Source: the human T2T-CHM13v2.0 reference genome, Homo sapiens. Taken from it: DNA of 64,000 bases. Position 1 is the stretch's first letter; the number at the start of each line of letters is the position of its first letter. The stretch lies in assembly GCF_009914755.1 (NCBI RefSeq), contig NC_060926.1; one strand, given 5' to 3'. The position numbers and the translations under genes are program-made. Positions 42,128 through 63,699 of the stretch are shown here, piece after piece. Below the pieces are notes generated by a model. It was not told where the DNA came from. It saw only the letters and a list, made by a program, of their open reading frames with translations, and ran no database searches.

Positions 42128-43959
42128 CTACACTAGACGCTATTGGACAGAGAGCTCCAGCCTCCCTGAGGCTGAGAGGAGTTCCTCTCTGGGCACCTGG
42201 TTGGGAAGGTCAGGCCTTCCCCCGACTGCTGAGTGTTAGAACCACCTGCACACCGGCTTCCCAGGCCCACCCACATCCACCTGGGATTTCTCCAAGGTGG
42301 GTTTCAGGAAACGTGTAGTCGATGGAGCTGTGACATGATTCCGATGCACAGCCGCAGGTGCAGGGGAGCCGTTGAGTGTTTGAGCAGGGCCTTGACGTGA
42401 TCGGGGTGGGCACTACCAGGACACACTTGCCTGGGGACAGTTTAGACTCAGGGAAGTTTTCACAGATGTCCTGAGAAGAATTGTGGGTCCAATAAGGGTA
42501 GGGACAACCAGACTAGAGAGGAGGAGGAGACAAATTGAGAATTCTCTGGAAGTCTCAGTGTTCATCACTCCATTGGAGGAGGGAGATAAGTGCCATGAGG
42601 TTTGTAAGGAGGGGAGTTGATGATATTTTTCATCAAGACCAGCCTCCCAGGCCAATTGCGGTGGCTCACATCTGTAATCGCAGCACTTTAGGAGGGTGAG
42701 GTGGGAGGATTACTTGAGGTTAGGAGTTTGAGACCAGCCTGGCCAACATGGTGAAACCCCATCTCTACTAAAAATACAAAAATTAGCCGGGCATGGTGGC
42801 ATGCGCCTGTAATCCCAGCTACTCAGGAGGCTGAGGCATGAGAATCGCTTGAACCCAGAGGCAGAGGTTGCAGTGAGCCGAGATCAGGCCATTGCACTCC
42901 AGCCTGGGCGACAGAGCAAGACCATGTCTCAAAGGAAAAAAAAAAGCCTGGCCTCCCCCTATTCCCAGAATGGCTGTGGTTTGAGGAGGAAAAGTTATGA
43001 ACTGGGTTTGGTTTCAAGTGTGAGGTGACTTCAGGCACGGGAAAGGCGTGCCCTTTCATTTGAAGGCCATCATGTTGGTTGCAAATAGTTTCTGATCACA
43101 TCCTGTTTGACCGAACCTGGTGACTCCTGGCTGCATGGGAGGTTAGGGAATGTCTTTTTTTCCGGGATCTGTCTGCCCGGCTGTAATTATGCCACTAGGG
43201 AAGATGAGGATCCTATGTGTTGAGGGTCATGGAGTAATTTCTTCCACACATGCCCAATTCTGAACCTGCCATTGGAAAACGCTGGAATATCATTATCTCA
43301 ACTGGGCTCTCCTGGAGCCGGGGGTGGAGTCAGTCTCCCTTAGGCCCCTGGGCCATGTTGCAGGCCTCATAGCAAGAAATAAGGCAGGAAGTGGGTGCTT
43401 CTGGGCACCTCACAACATAGACCACAGGAGCTAACTTCACAAGATACAAGTTGAAACCAAGGATTAGAGATTGACCTATGGTAGAACAGACTGGTGCCAG
43501 GACTGTGGGGAAGGCTGGCATTTAGGCCTTTGGAGAAGAAGGTGTAATCAGAGGTATAAGGAAACCCTGGGGAAATGCTATTTTGGAGTACAGGAGCAGT
43601 TTTTAGAAGAGATTAGGCTGGGTGCAGTGGCTCACACCTGGACACTTTGGGAAGCTGAGGCAGGAGAACTCCTCAAACCCAGGAGTTCAAGGTTGCAGTG
43701 AGCTATGATCATACCACTGGACCACAGCCTGGGCAACAGAGCAAGACCCTGCCTCTAAAACAAAACAAAACAAAACAAAAAGCAAACAATAAAAGAGAGT
43801 TTTTAGTCCCTGCCTCTAGGGATTATAATTCCATAAAAGTAAAAGTGACCTGGTGCAGTGGCTCACATCTGCAATCCCAGCACATTGGGAGGCCAAGGTG
43901 GGAGGATTGCTTAAGTCCAGGAGTTTGAGACCAGCCTGGGCAACATGGCAAGACCCCAT

Positions 43960-43963
<4 letters not shown>

Positions 43964-44003
<40 letters not shown>

Positions 44004-44075
44004 ACACACACACATCTTTCTATAACACACACATACACACACACACACACGTACACACACACATCTTTCTATATA
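43964..44075. repeat. Compound (CA)n microsatellite with a duplicated ~49-bp unit, at the end of an Alu left monomer
   Basis: (AC)~19 from 43964. GTACACACACACATCTTTCTATA occurs at 44002 and 44051. Confidence 0.9.
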
Positions 44076-44153
44076 AGCATAACTCTTGCTGTTAATATTA
44101 TCAGAGTTACCTGTCTTCAGAAATGGACCCCTGTGAAATGCAGGGGGAATTTA

Positions 44154-48060
<3,907 letters not shown>

Positions 48061-48345
48061 CTGTATCCTGAAAAAAAAAGTCAAGTAGAATGACCAACCC
48101 CAGCAAAAGAAGCACATGGGGGCACAGCAACAAATACAGTGATGTGTTAGAGATGGTGTCTGCGCCAACAGAAAGCAACTTCTGAAGGCCACACGGAAAG
48201 AGTGCTTGCTGGGGTCCTGCCCTCCGTGGGCCCACATTCCCTTGTCTCTAGGTCTGCTGAATGGGCTGTTGGCTCAGGTGTCAGCAGCTCCAGGGTCCTC
48301 TGCCCTCCCTTACTCGTTTGGTCTATGTCTGCTATTTCTCTGCAG

Positions 48346-48480
48346 GTCCAAGCCTTGTCATCGGCCAGTAAGTTTGAAGCAGAGTTGAAAGCTGAGCAAG
48401 ATGAGCGGAAGCGGGAGGAGGAGGAGAGGCGGCTCCGCCAGGCAGCCTTCCAGAAACTCAAGGCCAACTTCAATACATAG
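48346..48480 (+). CDS. EFHD1: EFHD1 coding exon 4 (C-terminal coiled coil, stop TAG)
   Basis: Acceptor gctatttctctgcag|GTC. Reads VQALSSASKFEAELKAEQDERKREEEERRLRQAAFQKLKANFNT*. Total CDS 720 nt = 239 aa. Confidence 0.96.
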   Translation, partial: VQALSSASKFEAELKAEQDERKREEEERRLRQAAFQKLKANFNT

Positions 48481-49540
48481 TCCTGCTGACCTTGCCCTCT
48501 GCCCACAGCTGTGCCTCACAGATGCCCCGAGAAGAGATGACTAGGCATCTTCATCACTGCTGTCGGTCCCCTCCCTGAGCCAGCATCTCCATCCACCACC
48601 CCGTGCCAGCTCCCGTGCCAGCCTTCATTCCTCCCAGTGTCCAAGCCCCTCCAGGAGGGTCCTGGGGTGGGCCAGATGCCTGCCCACCTCTGTCTCCTGC
48701 CTCTGCTCCTCTGCCCTTCTTATAGCCAGAACTTGTATCTTCTCAGCAACCTTCACTTTGTCCTTGTCCCTTTACCATTCCCCATCAAAGAGTAGTCTGC
48801 TATATCAATTTGTGTAGATATGTCTGTCTTTTTGGGTCCTCAGAGAAAATGCCCATTTTCTCGGAGAATTCTCTGCACTCCTCTCTGCTTCACATTCAAC
48901 TTCCCTGTTCTCATCTTTGGTAGGATTCTGCCAGTTGCTTTTGCATCTTCTGTTCCTGGGTAATGGTGGGTCTTAATGGAGGCTGGGTGGACCACTGCCC
49001 GTCCACTCTTCAACAGGAGGAACAGCATGCCACCACAGTAACACACATTAGAGAAAGGACAGAGGTCTGCTCCTTCCTGCCACCTTTCTCCTGGCCCCTT
49101 AGCATTCCCCCAGTCCCTCCCTCTTCACCTTGCTCCGTCTATGTCTTCCCAGCTCAGCCTTTTCCCCACTCTTAAATACTGTACTACTTCACTGTAAGAA
49201 CGAAAGAATAGTTAGGATACCAATGAGTAAAAGGGTTCCTGTTCACTCTGACTCTGTGCAAATTGTATTACAGTAGACCGCTGACGTTCCCAAGTGACAG
49301 ATCCAGGGCCTTTCAAACATCCCCAAAGTCATGGCCATACTCACCATTAGCCAGTTTCTAACATCTGTTTCAGGGTATCCAGCTGTAGATGTTCTTATCC
49401 CCCATACTTGTGAGTTATTGGGGTTGCTCACAAATACTAGGGGTTTTTGTTGTATTTTTAACAAATATATCCTAATGTCATATTTATTCTCTTTTGTAAC
49501 TGCTGTCTTTACAATAAAGAAATCATCTGCCTTTCTATCT
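48481..49540 (+). other. EFHD1: EFHD1 3' UTR (~1.05 kb, free of obvious repeats)
   Basis: Unique sequence between the TAG and the AATAAA. The 3' end is inferred ~20 nt after the hexamer. Confidence 0.8.
49513..49518 (+). terminator. EFHD1: Polyadenylation signal AATAAA
   Basis: AATAAA with upstream U-rich/TGTA (CFIm-type) elements at ~49445-49500 and a T-rich downstream element at ~49549-49565. A possible secondary ATTAAA lies at 49610-49615. Confidence 0.85.
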
Positions 49541-50379
49541 TACAGCTATTTCTTTTTACATTGTACAAATAACGTGGCCATCACATCAATGTGCCTGGAA
49601 TTTTCTTGAATTAAAGGAGAGAGTAGAGTATTTTCTATAGGAGCCAAGTCCCATCCAGGGCTTCTGTTTGACATTGAGTCCTGAAGTACAGTTAGAAATG
49701 GGAACTAGAGGCCAGGCACGGTAGCTCACATCTGTAGTCACAGCACTTTGGGAGGCCGAAGTGGGCAGATCACTCGAGGTCAGGAGTTCAAGAACAGCCT
49801 GGTCAACATGGTAAAACCCCATTTCTAGTAAAAATATAGCCAGGCATGGTGGTGCATGCCTGTAATCCCAGCTGCTCAGGAGGCTGAGGTGGGAGAATCC
49901 CTTGAACCAGGGAGGCAGAGTTTGCAGTGAGCAGAGATGTTGCCACTGCACTCCAGCATAGACAACAGAGCAAGACTCTATCTCAAAAAAAAAAAAAAAA
50001 AGGAAAGAAATGAGAACTAGAGGGCTGGTTTTCACTCTATATGATTCAGAGTACTCAGCTTATCAGTTGCACTCCTCTTCCCTTCTGTGAGGATGCCTTC
50101 AGCTGCAGGGAAAAACCATAGCTTCATTTCTTTTGCATCCTAGATCCCTTGAAACTGTGATGAGAGCCAATGCCCCTCCCTCCTATGTATAATCCAGGAT
50201 ATTTGGGCTACCCATGCAATGACCTCTGTCCCAAGAGAATACCCTTTGCTCCTCAGGAAGGATCATTCTGTTTCATACAGACCCAAGACCTATGCTTTGC
50301 AGTCATCATTTTTCTAGCTGGTGTCATCCTCTAGTCTCCCCACCAGAGGGGAGGGACATGAAAAAGGAGTGGAGAGATT

Positions 50380-52040
<1,661 letters not shown>

Positions 52041-52454
52041 GGTGGGCGTGGTGGCGGCTCATGCCTGTAATCCCAGCACTTTGGGAGGCCTAGGTGGGTG
52101 GATCACCTGAGGTCAGGAGTTCGAGACCAGCCTGGCCAACATGGTGAAACCCTGTTTCTACTAAAAATACAAAAAATTAGCTGGGAGTGGTGGTGCACGC
52201 CTGTAATCCCAGCTACCCGGGAGGCTGAAGCAGGAGAATTGCTTGAAAACTGGAAGGCGGAGGTTGCAGTGAGGTGAGATGGTGCCACTGCACTCCAGCC
52301 TGGATGACAGAGCAAGACTCCATCTCAAAAAGATAAATAAATAAATAATAAATAAATAAATAAATAAATAATAAAGTCTAATGGTGAAGGAGACGAGAAA
52401 AAAAGGCTATTCATTTAAAAAGAAGGAAGAGAATGGAGATAGCAGTGTCATTTA

Positions 52455-52927
<473 letters not shown>

Positions 52928-53754
52928 TCAGACAAAACAGGACACGTGGGGCCATGTCACTACAAAGGCCAGGTAGAGGATGTCGTTCCTCCCTCTTGGC
53001 CACAGAGTCCCCGGGAGGCCGCTCCCTTGTGCCTCCCACCCTCCATCTCCAGCGCCATGGTCACAGCTCAGACCTTCATAGGTTCCTTCCTGGGTCTCTA
53101 CCGTGAGCTCCTCATTGGTTTCTCTGCCCTCATTATACCTGATTGTCCGCTTTGCAGCTGGAGTAATTCTTAGAAAATGCAAACCAGTTCTTAACATCTC
53201 TCCTTCAATTTTTGATTCCCCACTTGCAGGAGCTGGCCCCAACTCATCCCTCCAACTCCATCTTTTGTCCCTCCTCCCTGCCCTGTCTCCTTCCAAACTC
53301 TACACTCCTGGTATATGCGATGCCTAACTGTTCCTAGAAAATTCCACACCTCCAGGCTTTTGCATATGTGGTTTCCTCTGCCTGGCACTCCCTCCCTCCC
53401 TTCCACAGGTGGATTACTTCTCACTGTTGAAGACTCAGCTCAGAGATTATCTTCAGGAAGCTTCCTTGATGCTTCCAGGCCAGGTAAGGTGTCCCTTCTC
53501 AGGGCTCCCATTTCCCTGAGTTTCTCTCTACTGTAATCCTGACAGCTTGAGGCAGTAGCCATCTCCTTACTTCTCAGCCCCGCTGTTTGGACTGTGTACT
53601 CTTTGCAGGGCAGGAAGTTTGCCTTGCCTATTGCTATAGGCCCAGCATGCTGCGTGGCATGTAGCAGGCAACCTTGCATGTTGGTTTCACAAGGACATGC
53701 CAGGTTTGTTAAAGCAGACAGATGGGCAAGGCAGGATCATTACCACTGATGTCA

Positions 53755-54185
<431 letters not shown>

Positions 54186-54946
54186 TCACTGGAAGAGAGA
54201 GAGGTCACTCCCCAGGGCCCTCCTTTGACTGAGCAATAGGAAAAACAACACACCAATTAGTCTTGCCTAGGCCCTGGAGGCTGTGTGATCTAACGAAATT
54301 TGGACTCGAACACTAGGCAAGTAACTGAACCTCACTGAGCCTCCATTTTCTCACCTGTAAAATGGGCATGATGGTGACCTACCTGGCAGATTCCACGCCT
54401 GCCATATATTTAGTGCTCAGGACACACGGGTTCCTCTCTCTCCCCTCCCTCCCTCCACTACTGTAACTCTGTCTCCTCCTGCGCCCTGAGTCTCTACAGT
54501 TAGGTCCAAGAGTCTCAGGCCAGGGTAGCCCAGAAGTGCTCAGTCCTGGCTGCTGTCTTGGCCACAAGTGCAGATGCCCACGGACCCATGTTCTCTGTTA
54601 TTTTGAGACCCCTTTTCTGACCAGCCCAGGGGAATTTCTGCCCATCTGCTGGCTCACTTGCATGCTCCTGGCGGCTGCCAGTTACTGAATGTGGTCTGAC
54701 AGCTGTGGTTTTGTCGCTGCTCAGATTTCTCCTTGCTGACTCTGCCTGTCCACGAGGCCAGATGCTGGCACATCACTGCCCACTTGGACTGACAGTACTA
54801 TACAAGAATGATGCCTTCTGGGTCCTGTAATCCCAACACTTTGGGAGGCCAAGGCAGGAGGACTGCTTGAGCCCACGACTTCAAGACCAGCCTGGCCAAC
54901 ACGGCAAAGCCTCATTTCTACAAACAAATACAAAAAAATTTAGTCA

Positions 54947-55081
<135 letters not shown>

Positions 55082-55109
55082 CTACAACTTAGCGAGGCAT
55101 TAAGGATGA

Positions 55110-55373
<264 letters not shown>

Positions 55374-55826
55374 TGAATAGCTGGAATTACAGGCACATGC
55401 CACCATGTCCAGCTACTTTTTGTATTTTTGGTAGAAGTGGGGTTTTATCATGTTGGCCAGCCTGGTCTCGAACTCCTGAGCTCAAGCTATCTGCCCACCT
55501 TGGCCTCCCAAAGTGCTGGGATTACAGGTGTGAGCCACTGCACCTGGCCTCTATTTTTCTTTATAGAGGTAATCAAGTTAAAGCTGTTGCCTTGTTGGTT
55601 TTTTACTTATTTTTATTTTTGTAGAGACAGAATCTTGCTCTGTCACTCAGGCTGGAGTACAGTGACGTGATTATAACTCACTGCAGCCTCAAATTCCTGG
55701 ACTCAAGCGATCCTCCCACTTCAGCCTCCCGACTAGCTGGAACTATAGGCACAGGCCACCATGCTTGGCTAGCTGTTGCCTTTTTGAAGGGCAATTTGGT
55801 AGACTGTTAAAATTAAAAATTGTATT

Positions 55827-56700
55827 TGTATTAGTTATTTATGTTTATGTTAACAAATCACACCAGGACTTAGTGGCTTAAAACGATGATTAATATTTAT
55901 TATCTCACACAGTTTGGGGCCAGGAATTTAGAAGCAAATTGGCTGGGTAGTTGGTTTGGGCTCAGGGTCTCTCATGAGGCTGCAGTCAAAATGTCAGCTG
56001 GGGCTACAGTCATCTGAAGGCTTGACTGAGCCTGGGAGACCTGCTTCCAACATGACTTACTCCTGTGATTGATGCTGGCTATTGGCAGGAGGCCTCAGTT
56101 GCCTGCCGTGTGAACCTCTCCATGAGGCTGCTTGAGTGTCCTCACAACATGGCAGCTGGCTTCCCCCAGAGCAAGTGATACGAGAGAGTAAAGGGCAAGC
56201 CTTTTAAGACCTAGCTTCCTGAATCACACTCTGCTATCTACTAGTCACATAGGTCAGCCCTATTGGCAAAAGTCATTAGGAGCCATCTTGGATGCTGGCT
56301 ACTTTGGAATCAGAGTTCTTAATTGCAAGTAATAGAATCTAAGCCAGACTGATTTAAGCAGAAAAGGAATTGATTGAAAAGACATGGAGGAGTCCCCAGA
56401 AGCACCAGCAGGGCTGGGGGGTGCAGGCTAAGGAAGCAGGCAGGAGGCCAGGAGGCTGGGACAGCAGCCAAAAGCACACCATGGGAACCAGCTGCTGTCC
56501 TGGCTGACAAGCATGCCGTGGTGTCCTGCTTCTTCAGGTCATTTACTCCATATCAGAGTCTGAGGCTGAGCCTAGTCACATGCCCACTTGTCAGGGGTGG
56601 GACAGGGGAGTATCTGGGCTTTTTGTGTTCTGTAAGGGGAGGCAAGCTCTGCCAGCCACCAAGATTCTCATTTTCTACAAACATGGGAAAGAATTTCAGT
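55827..56700 (-). mobile_element. Adjacent MLT1-family LTR remnants
   Basis: TGTATTAGTTA...ACTTAGTGGCTTAAAAC...TCTCATGAGGCTGCAGTCAA...CATCTGAAGGCTTGACTG, then TTGCAAGTAATAGAA... A similar copy lies at ~59670-60210. Confidence 0.65.
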
Positions 56701-57096
56701 ATTTCAACTGAAAGTAATTCACTATTTCAGTTCAGCAGAACTGTCATAAAGAATGGCAGGTGTCCACTGCGGAGATACTCATGAGCTTTGGCCCAGAAAT
56801 TTATCCTATAAGTAAGAAAAAAAATGAACAAGGATGCATTTAAGGGAATAGTCATTACAGTGTTGTTTGTAATAGCAAAAATACTGGAAACAATCAGCAT
56901 ATCCATCAGCAGGGGATCGGTTCAGTATATTAGGTACATCCACGTAAGCGTGCACTGCTAGGCAGCCACTAAAAAAACATGGATGCCACCAAGACATCTT
57001 GTTTCTTGGAAACAGGCCAGGAGCAGAACAGCACACATAGTAATGCTCAGGTGTTTTGTTTTGTTTTGTTTTTTAGTTGGGAGGAATAAAGCCATG

Positions 57097-57443
57097 TGTA
57101 TTTGTCCGTTCTCACATTGCTATAAAGAACTACCTGAGGTTGGGTAAGTTATAAACAAAAGAGGTTTAATTGGCTCATGGTTCCACAGGCTATATAGGAA
57201 TTATGGCTGGGGCAGGCCTCAGGAAACTTACAATCATGGAAGAAGGTGAAGGGGACGCCAGCACAAAGCAGGAAGTGCTACAGACTTTCAAACAACCAGG
57301 TCTCCTGAGGACTCTATCATGAGAATAGCAAGGTGGAAGTCCGTCTCCATGATTCAATCACCTCCCACCAGGCCCCTCCTCCAATATTAGGAACTACAAT
57401 TCAACATAAGATTTGGGTGGGGACACAGAGCCAAACCATATCA
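57097..57443 (-). mobile_element. MaLR solo LTR (THE1D/MSTA-type)
   Basis: TGTATTtGTCCGTTCTCACATTGCTATAAAGAACTACCTGAG ... GATTTGGGTGGGGACACAGAGCCAAACCATATCA. TSD CCATG/CTATG. Confidence 0.88.
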
Positions 57444-57463
57444 CTATGTCTCTACCCAAGTAG

Positions 57464-57799
<336 letters not shown>

Positions 57800-57820
57800 T
57801 GAACTCCCAACCTCAGGTGA

Positions 57821-58218
<398 letters not shown>

Positions 58219-58371
58219 TGAGGGTGCTAGATAGGTCTTGCGGCAGGGAGGATTTAAATTTTTTCCTTTATACGTTTTTGAACTCTAAAAACTATAAAAC
58301 CATAAACATGTATTGCTTCAGTACTACAATGACTACTACTACCACCACCACCACCACCACCACAATTGTTA

Positions 58372-58791
<420 letters not shown>

Positions 58792-59036
58792 CTATGAAAC
58801 CCTAAAGATGGAAAATACTCAGATAAAAATTAATAACATTTTGGGATGCATCATGGGACATCAGGTGAAATGATACATTTATTGTATTCCAAGGTTTTTT
58901 AAAAAAATGATTTAATGTCTCATACATTCAGAAGTTGGAAATGAGAAAAGAATTAAAAATATGCAATTACTTTTATAATAAAAACGTTTTTCAAACATAG
59001 AAAATGGATTTCTTTTCATAGTTATTGTCTGCATAG

Positions 59037-59180
<144 letters not shown>

Positions 59181-59669
59181 TGAAACTACAGGTGTGTTCC
59201 ACCACACCCGGCTAATTTAAAAACATTCTCTTTATTTATTTAGAGACAGTCTTGCTCTGTTGCCCAGGCTGGAGTGCAGTGGCACGATCTCGGCTCACTG
59301 CAACCTTCGCCTCCCACGTTCAAGCGATTCTTACGCCTCAGCCCCCAAGTAGCTGGGATTACAGGCTCGCACCACCACGCCTGGCTAATTTTTGTATTTT
59401 TAGGAGAGACGGGGTTTCCCCATGTTGGCCAGGCTGGTCTCAAACTCCTGGCCTCACTAAGTGCTGGGATTACAGGCGTAAGCCACTGTGCCTGGCCTAA
59501 AAACATTTTTTTTTTTTAGAGATGAGGTCTTACTATGTTGCCCACACTGGTCGGGAACTCCTGGCCTCAAGCAATCCTCCTGCCTCAGCCTCTCAAGTAG
59601 CTGGCATTAGAGGTGCGAGCCATCTGCACCAAGCATGGGGAACACAGTTCAATCCATAACAATGATGTT

Positions 59670-60215
59670 CCAGCTACTGTTGCTATTAACAAATTACCCC
59701 AAAACATAGTGGCTTAAAACACCCATTTTATGATGCTGATGGATTTGGTGGATCAGGAATTCAGAGAAGGCACAGTAAGGATGCTTGTCCCTGCTTCATG
59801 ATGTCTTAGGCTTTGATGTCTGAGGGTGACTAGACAGCTCAGGGCTGGGATCACCTGGTGAGATTTTTCACTCAGACGTCTGGTTGTTGATGCTGTCAGC
59901 TGGGACCTCAGTTGGGGTTAGTGATGGGACAACAATGTGGGCCTCTCCATGTGGTTTACGCTTCAGGCAGCTTCAGGGACTGCCAAACTGTTTTTGCTTC
60001 AAACAAGACTGTTTCAGGAAGCAAGGTGAAAGGCATATCACCTCATGATCTAGCACTGAAGTCATGTCATTTTACTTCTACCACTTTCTATTGGTGATAG
60101 GGTCCAAGGGACTGGGAATTAGACTCTACCTCTAGAAAGGATAGTGAAGGTGCTAGAAAAGTAAGTCAAATGGAAGATATTGTTGCAGCCATCTTTAGAA
60201 AAATACAATCTGTCA
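59670..60215 (-). mobile_element. MLT1-family LTR remnant
   Basis: ACAAATTACCCCAAAACATAGTGGCTTAAAAC...GGATCAGGAATTCAG...TTGCAGCCATCTTT...AATCTGTCACA. Confidence 0.65.
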
Positions 60216-60225
60216 CAGGTGATGA

Positions 60226-60387
<162 letters not shown>

Positions 60388-61968
60388 TAGCTATGTGCTC
60401 ATAACAAATTAAACTTGTTTTGGATTAAACTCCTTACCCTCCTCCCATCCTCAAATGATCTATTATTCTCAACTTCTGTTTCTATCAGTGGTGTACTACG
60501 GCTAAAACTTTATTATCCCTGACAAAAGCATGCATCAGTCTACGTTGTAATTTAATACCACTATTTAGTGAAACACTGGAAAGACAGAGTTACTAAAAGG
60601 AGAAAAGGAAAGCACCCTTCCTGAAGAGTAGATAATCAAGAATCGATTGGGTTTTATTGGTGTTTGTTGAGCATTTACTGTGTGTCAGGGCAATACCAGC
60701 TGCAGAGGTTGCTGGATGGAATAATGCAGCACTCACAATGGTTAAAAGCTGGGATTTTCTCCAGCTTTTTTTTTTTTTTTTTTTTTTGAGACAGGGTCTC
60801 ACTCTATCACCCAGGCTGGAGTGCAGTGGCACACAATCTCAGTTCACTGTAACCTCTGCTTCCCAGGCTCGAGTGATCCTCCCACCTCAGCCTCCCAAGT
60901 AGCTGGAACTACAGTTCTACATTATCATGCTCAGCTACTTTTTTTTGTATTTTTAGTAGAGATGGGGTTTCACCATGTTGGCCAGGCTGGTCTTGAACTC
61001 CTGAACTCAGGTGATCTGACTGCCTCAGCCTCCCAAAGTGCTGGTATTACAGGCGTGAGCCATCGTGCCTGGCCACTTGTATATATTTGTCTCAAGTTGC
61101 AGAACTGTGCACTAAAAGTGCTAAATTTTATTGTGTGCAAATTATATCTTAATTTAAAAAATATATGTATAGGCAATGTACAGGTGGCATGGCATCAGAG
61201 AGGTGGCATGACAAGTTGGTTAGGGACATGGGTTCTACAATTTGCCAGCCTGGGCTTGGAAATCCTGGTTGAGATTTGGATATGGTAAGCACTTCTCTCA
61301 GAAGCCTGGTTGGATTGCTCCATAGCGCTCTTACTAGGATCACATGAGACAGTGCAAGGAAAGTTTTTAATGGGGTGGTCAGTACATAACAAGTATTAGT
61401 ATTACTTTTTTCCTTAAAAATAACAGCTCAAGGGGTAAATTCTTTGGTCTAATGGAGGCACAGAGGCAGTAACACATGGACTGGCAGGAGTTGCAGGTTG
61501 GGGAGAAGTGGGTAAGTGTTGGGAACGGCATTGCAGCAGGATGGAACAGCATGTGCAAAGGCTAAAACATAATGTCATGTTTACGAATCTTTTAACATGG
61601 GCCTATCTGGAGCACTTAGTTCAGGGGGAAGATCAAGGAGAAGAGAACAACATGGATGATGGGTAGAGTTCTTTTTGATTGTTTGTTTTAGATACAGGGT
61701 CTTGCTCTTTTGCCCAGGCTGGAGTGCAGTGGCATGATCATAGCTCATTGTAGCTTTGTATTCCTGGGCTGGTGATCCTCAGCCTCCCAAGTAGCTAGGA
61801 CTGCAGGTGCACGCCACCACGCCTGGCTAATTATTATGTATTTATTTTTTTTTAGAAATGGGATCTCTCTATGTTTTCCCAAGCTATGGGGGTAGAATTC
61901 TGCAGAATGGGACTGTGAAGGGCTCCTTTGAGTTTCTGTATTTCTAACAAGTCTCCACGTGATGTTGA

Positions 61969-62094
<126 letters not shown>

Positions 62095-62150
62095 TGAGGT
62101 CGGGAGTTCAAGACCAGCCTGATCAATATGGAGAAACCCCGTCTCTACTA

Positions 62151-62339
<189 letters not shown>

Positions 62340-62536
62340 TCAGAAAGTAGGAAGAGGCCAATCATATTGAAGACAGGGAAACACGAAGTCAAGATGAGGA
62401 CTGAAAGACTCCAGTTATCAACCTGTAGGATGGGGTGTTCTTAGGGCAAGCAATAGGCAGATAGGAAAGGACAGAAGCCACATCGGTGTGGTTGATGATT
62501 GCATGCCAGGTGTGGAAATGGAGAAAGTGCATATAA

Positions 62537-62893
<357 letters not shown>

Positions 62894-62940
62894 TGAGCCA
62901 CTGCCCGGCCGAGAATTGGAGGTTTTTGTTTTTGTTTTAG

Positions 62941-63102
<162 letters not shown>

Positions 63103-63351
63103 TAGTAGAGACGGGATTTCACCGTGTTAGCCAGGATGGTCTGGTCTCGATCTCCTGACCTCGTGATCCGCCCACCTCCGCCTCCCAAAGTGCTGAGATT
63201 ACAGGTGTGAGCCACTGCGCCCGGCATGAGAATTGGAGTTTTTAACATTCCATTTTAAGATGGGAGACACAAGTAATCTTTAAAGCTGACAGGAAGGATC
63301 CTGTAGGAAGGAAGAAGTTGGAGACACAGGCAAGAATGGGATGCCTAAGGA

Positions 63352-63477
63352 TAGAGTTGCTAGATTTAGCAAACACAGGACGCCCAATTAAATTTGAATT
63401 TCAGAAAAACAACGAACAATTTTTCAGTGTGTGCCCCAAATATTGCTGGGTGTCTTGTATTTTATCTGTCAATTCCA
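63352..63477. mobile_element. MER53 palindromic hAT MITE, internally deleted
   Basis: TAGAGTTGCTAGATTTAGCAAA..CAGGACGCCCAATTAAATTTGAATTTCAGA.AAACAACGAA...CCCAAATATTG, then CTGGGTGTCTTGTATTTTATCTGTCAA. Most of the right arm is missing. Confidence 0.8.
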
Positions 63478-63699
63478 AAATAGTTCATCTCTAGGTAAAA
63501 GGGTTATAGCCCCAGATGTCCTAGGAAGGAATCAGAGCTCTCAAGTCCTTTCCAGCTGTCCCAGTACAACACTCTGAAATGAATTCCCAGTTCTACCAGA
63601 ACTGTTAACAAGTAGAGAAACTGCTTTGAATTTCAGCTTTTGCGGCTTTCCCATTCGCTCTAGGATGGCAACTGCGAAGAAAAATGCCGGACTAAAAGC

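Noticed and set aside
48202-48345. In-frame upstream extension of exon 4 / alternative acceptors at 48251 and 48277
   Set aside because: Those AGs would add 94 and 68 nt (frameshifting), and the ORF start is non-ATG. The 48346 acceptor gives the expected 239 aa.
50340-50353. CTCF-like CCACCAGAGGGGAG downstream of the gene
   Set aside because: Lacks the highly conserved C of the GGC core; too weak to call.
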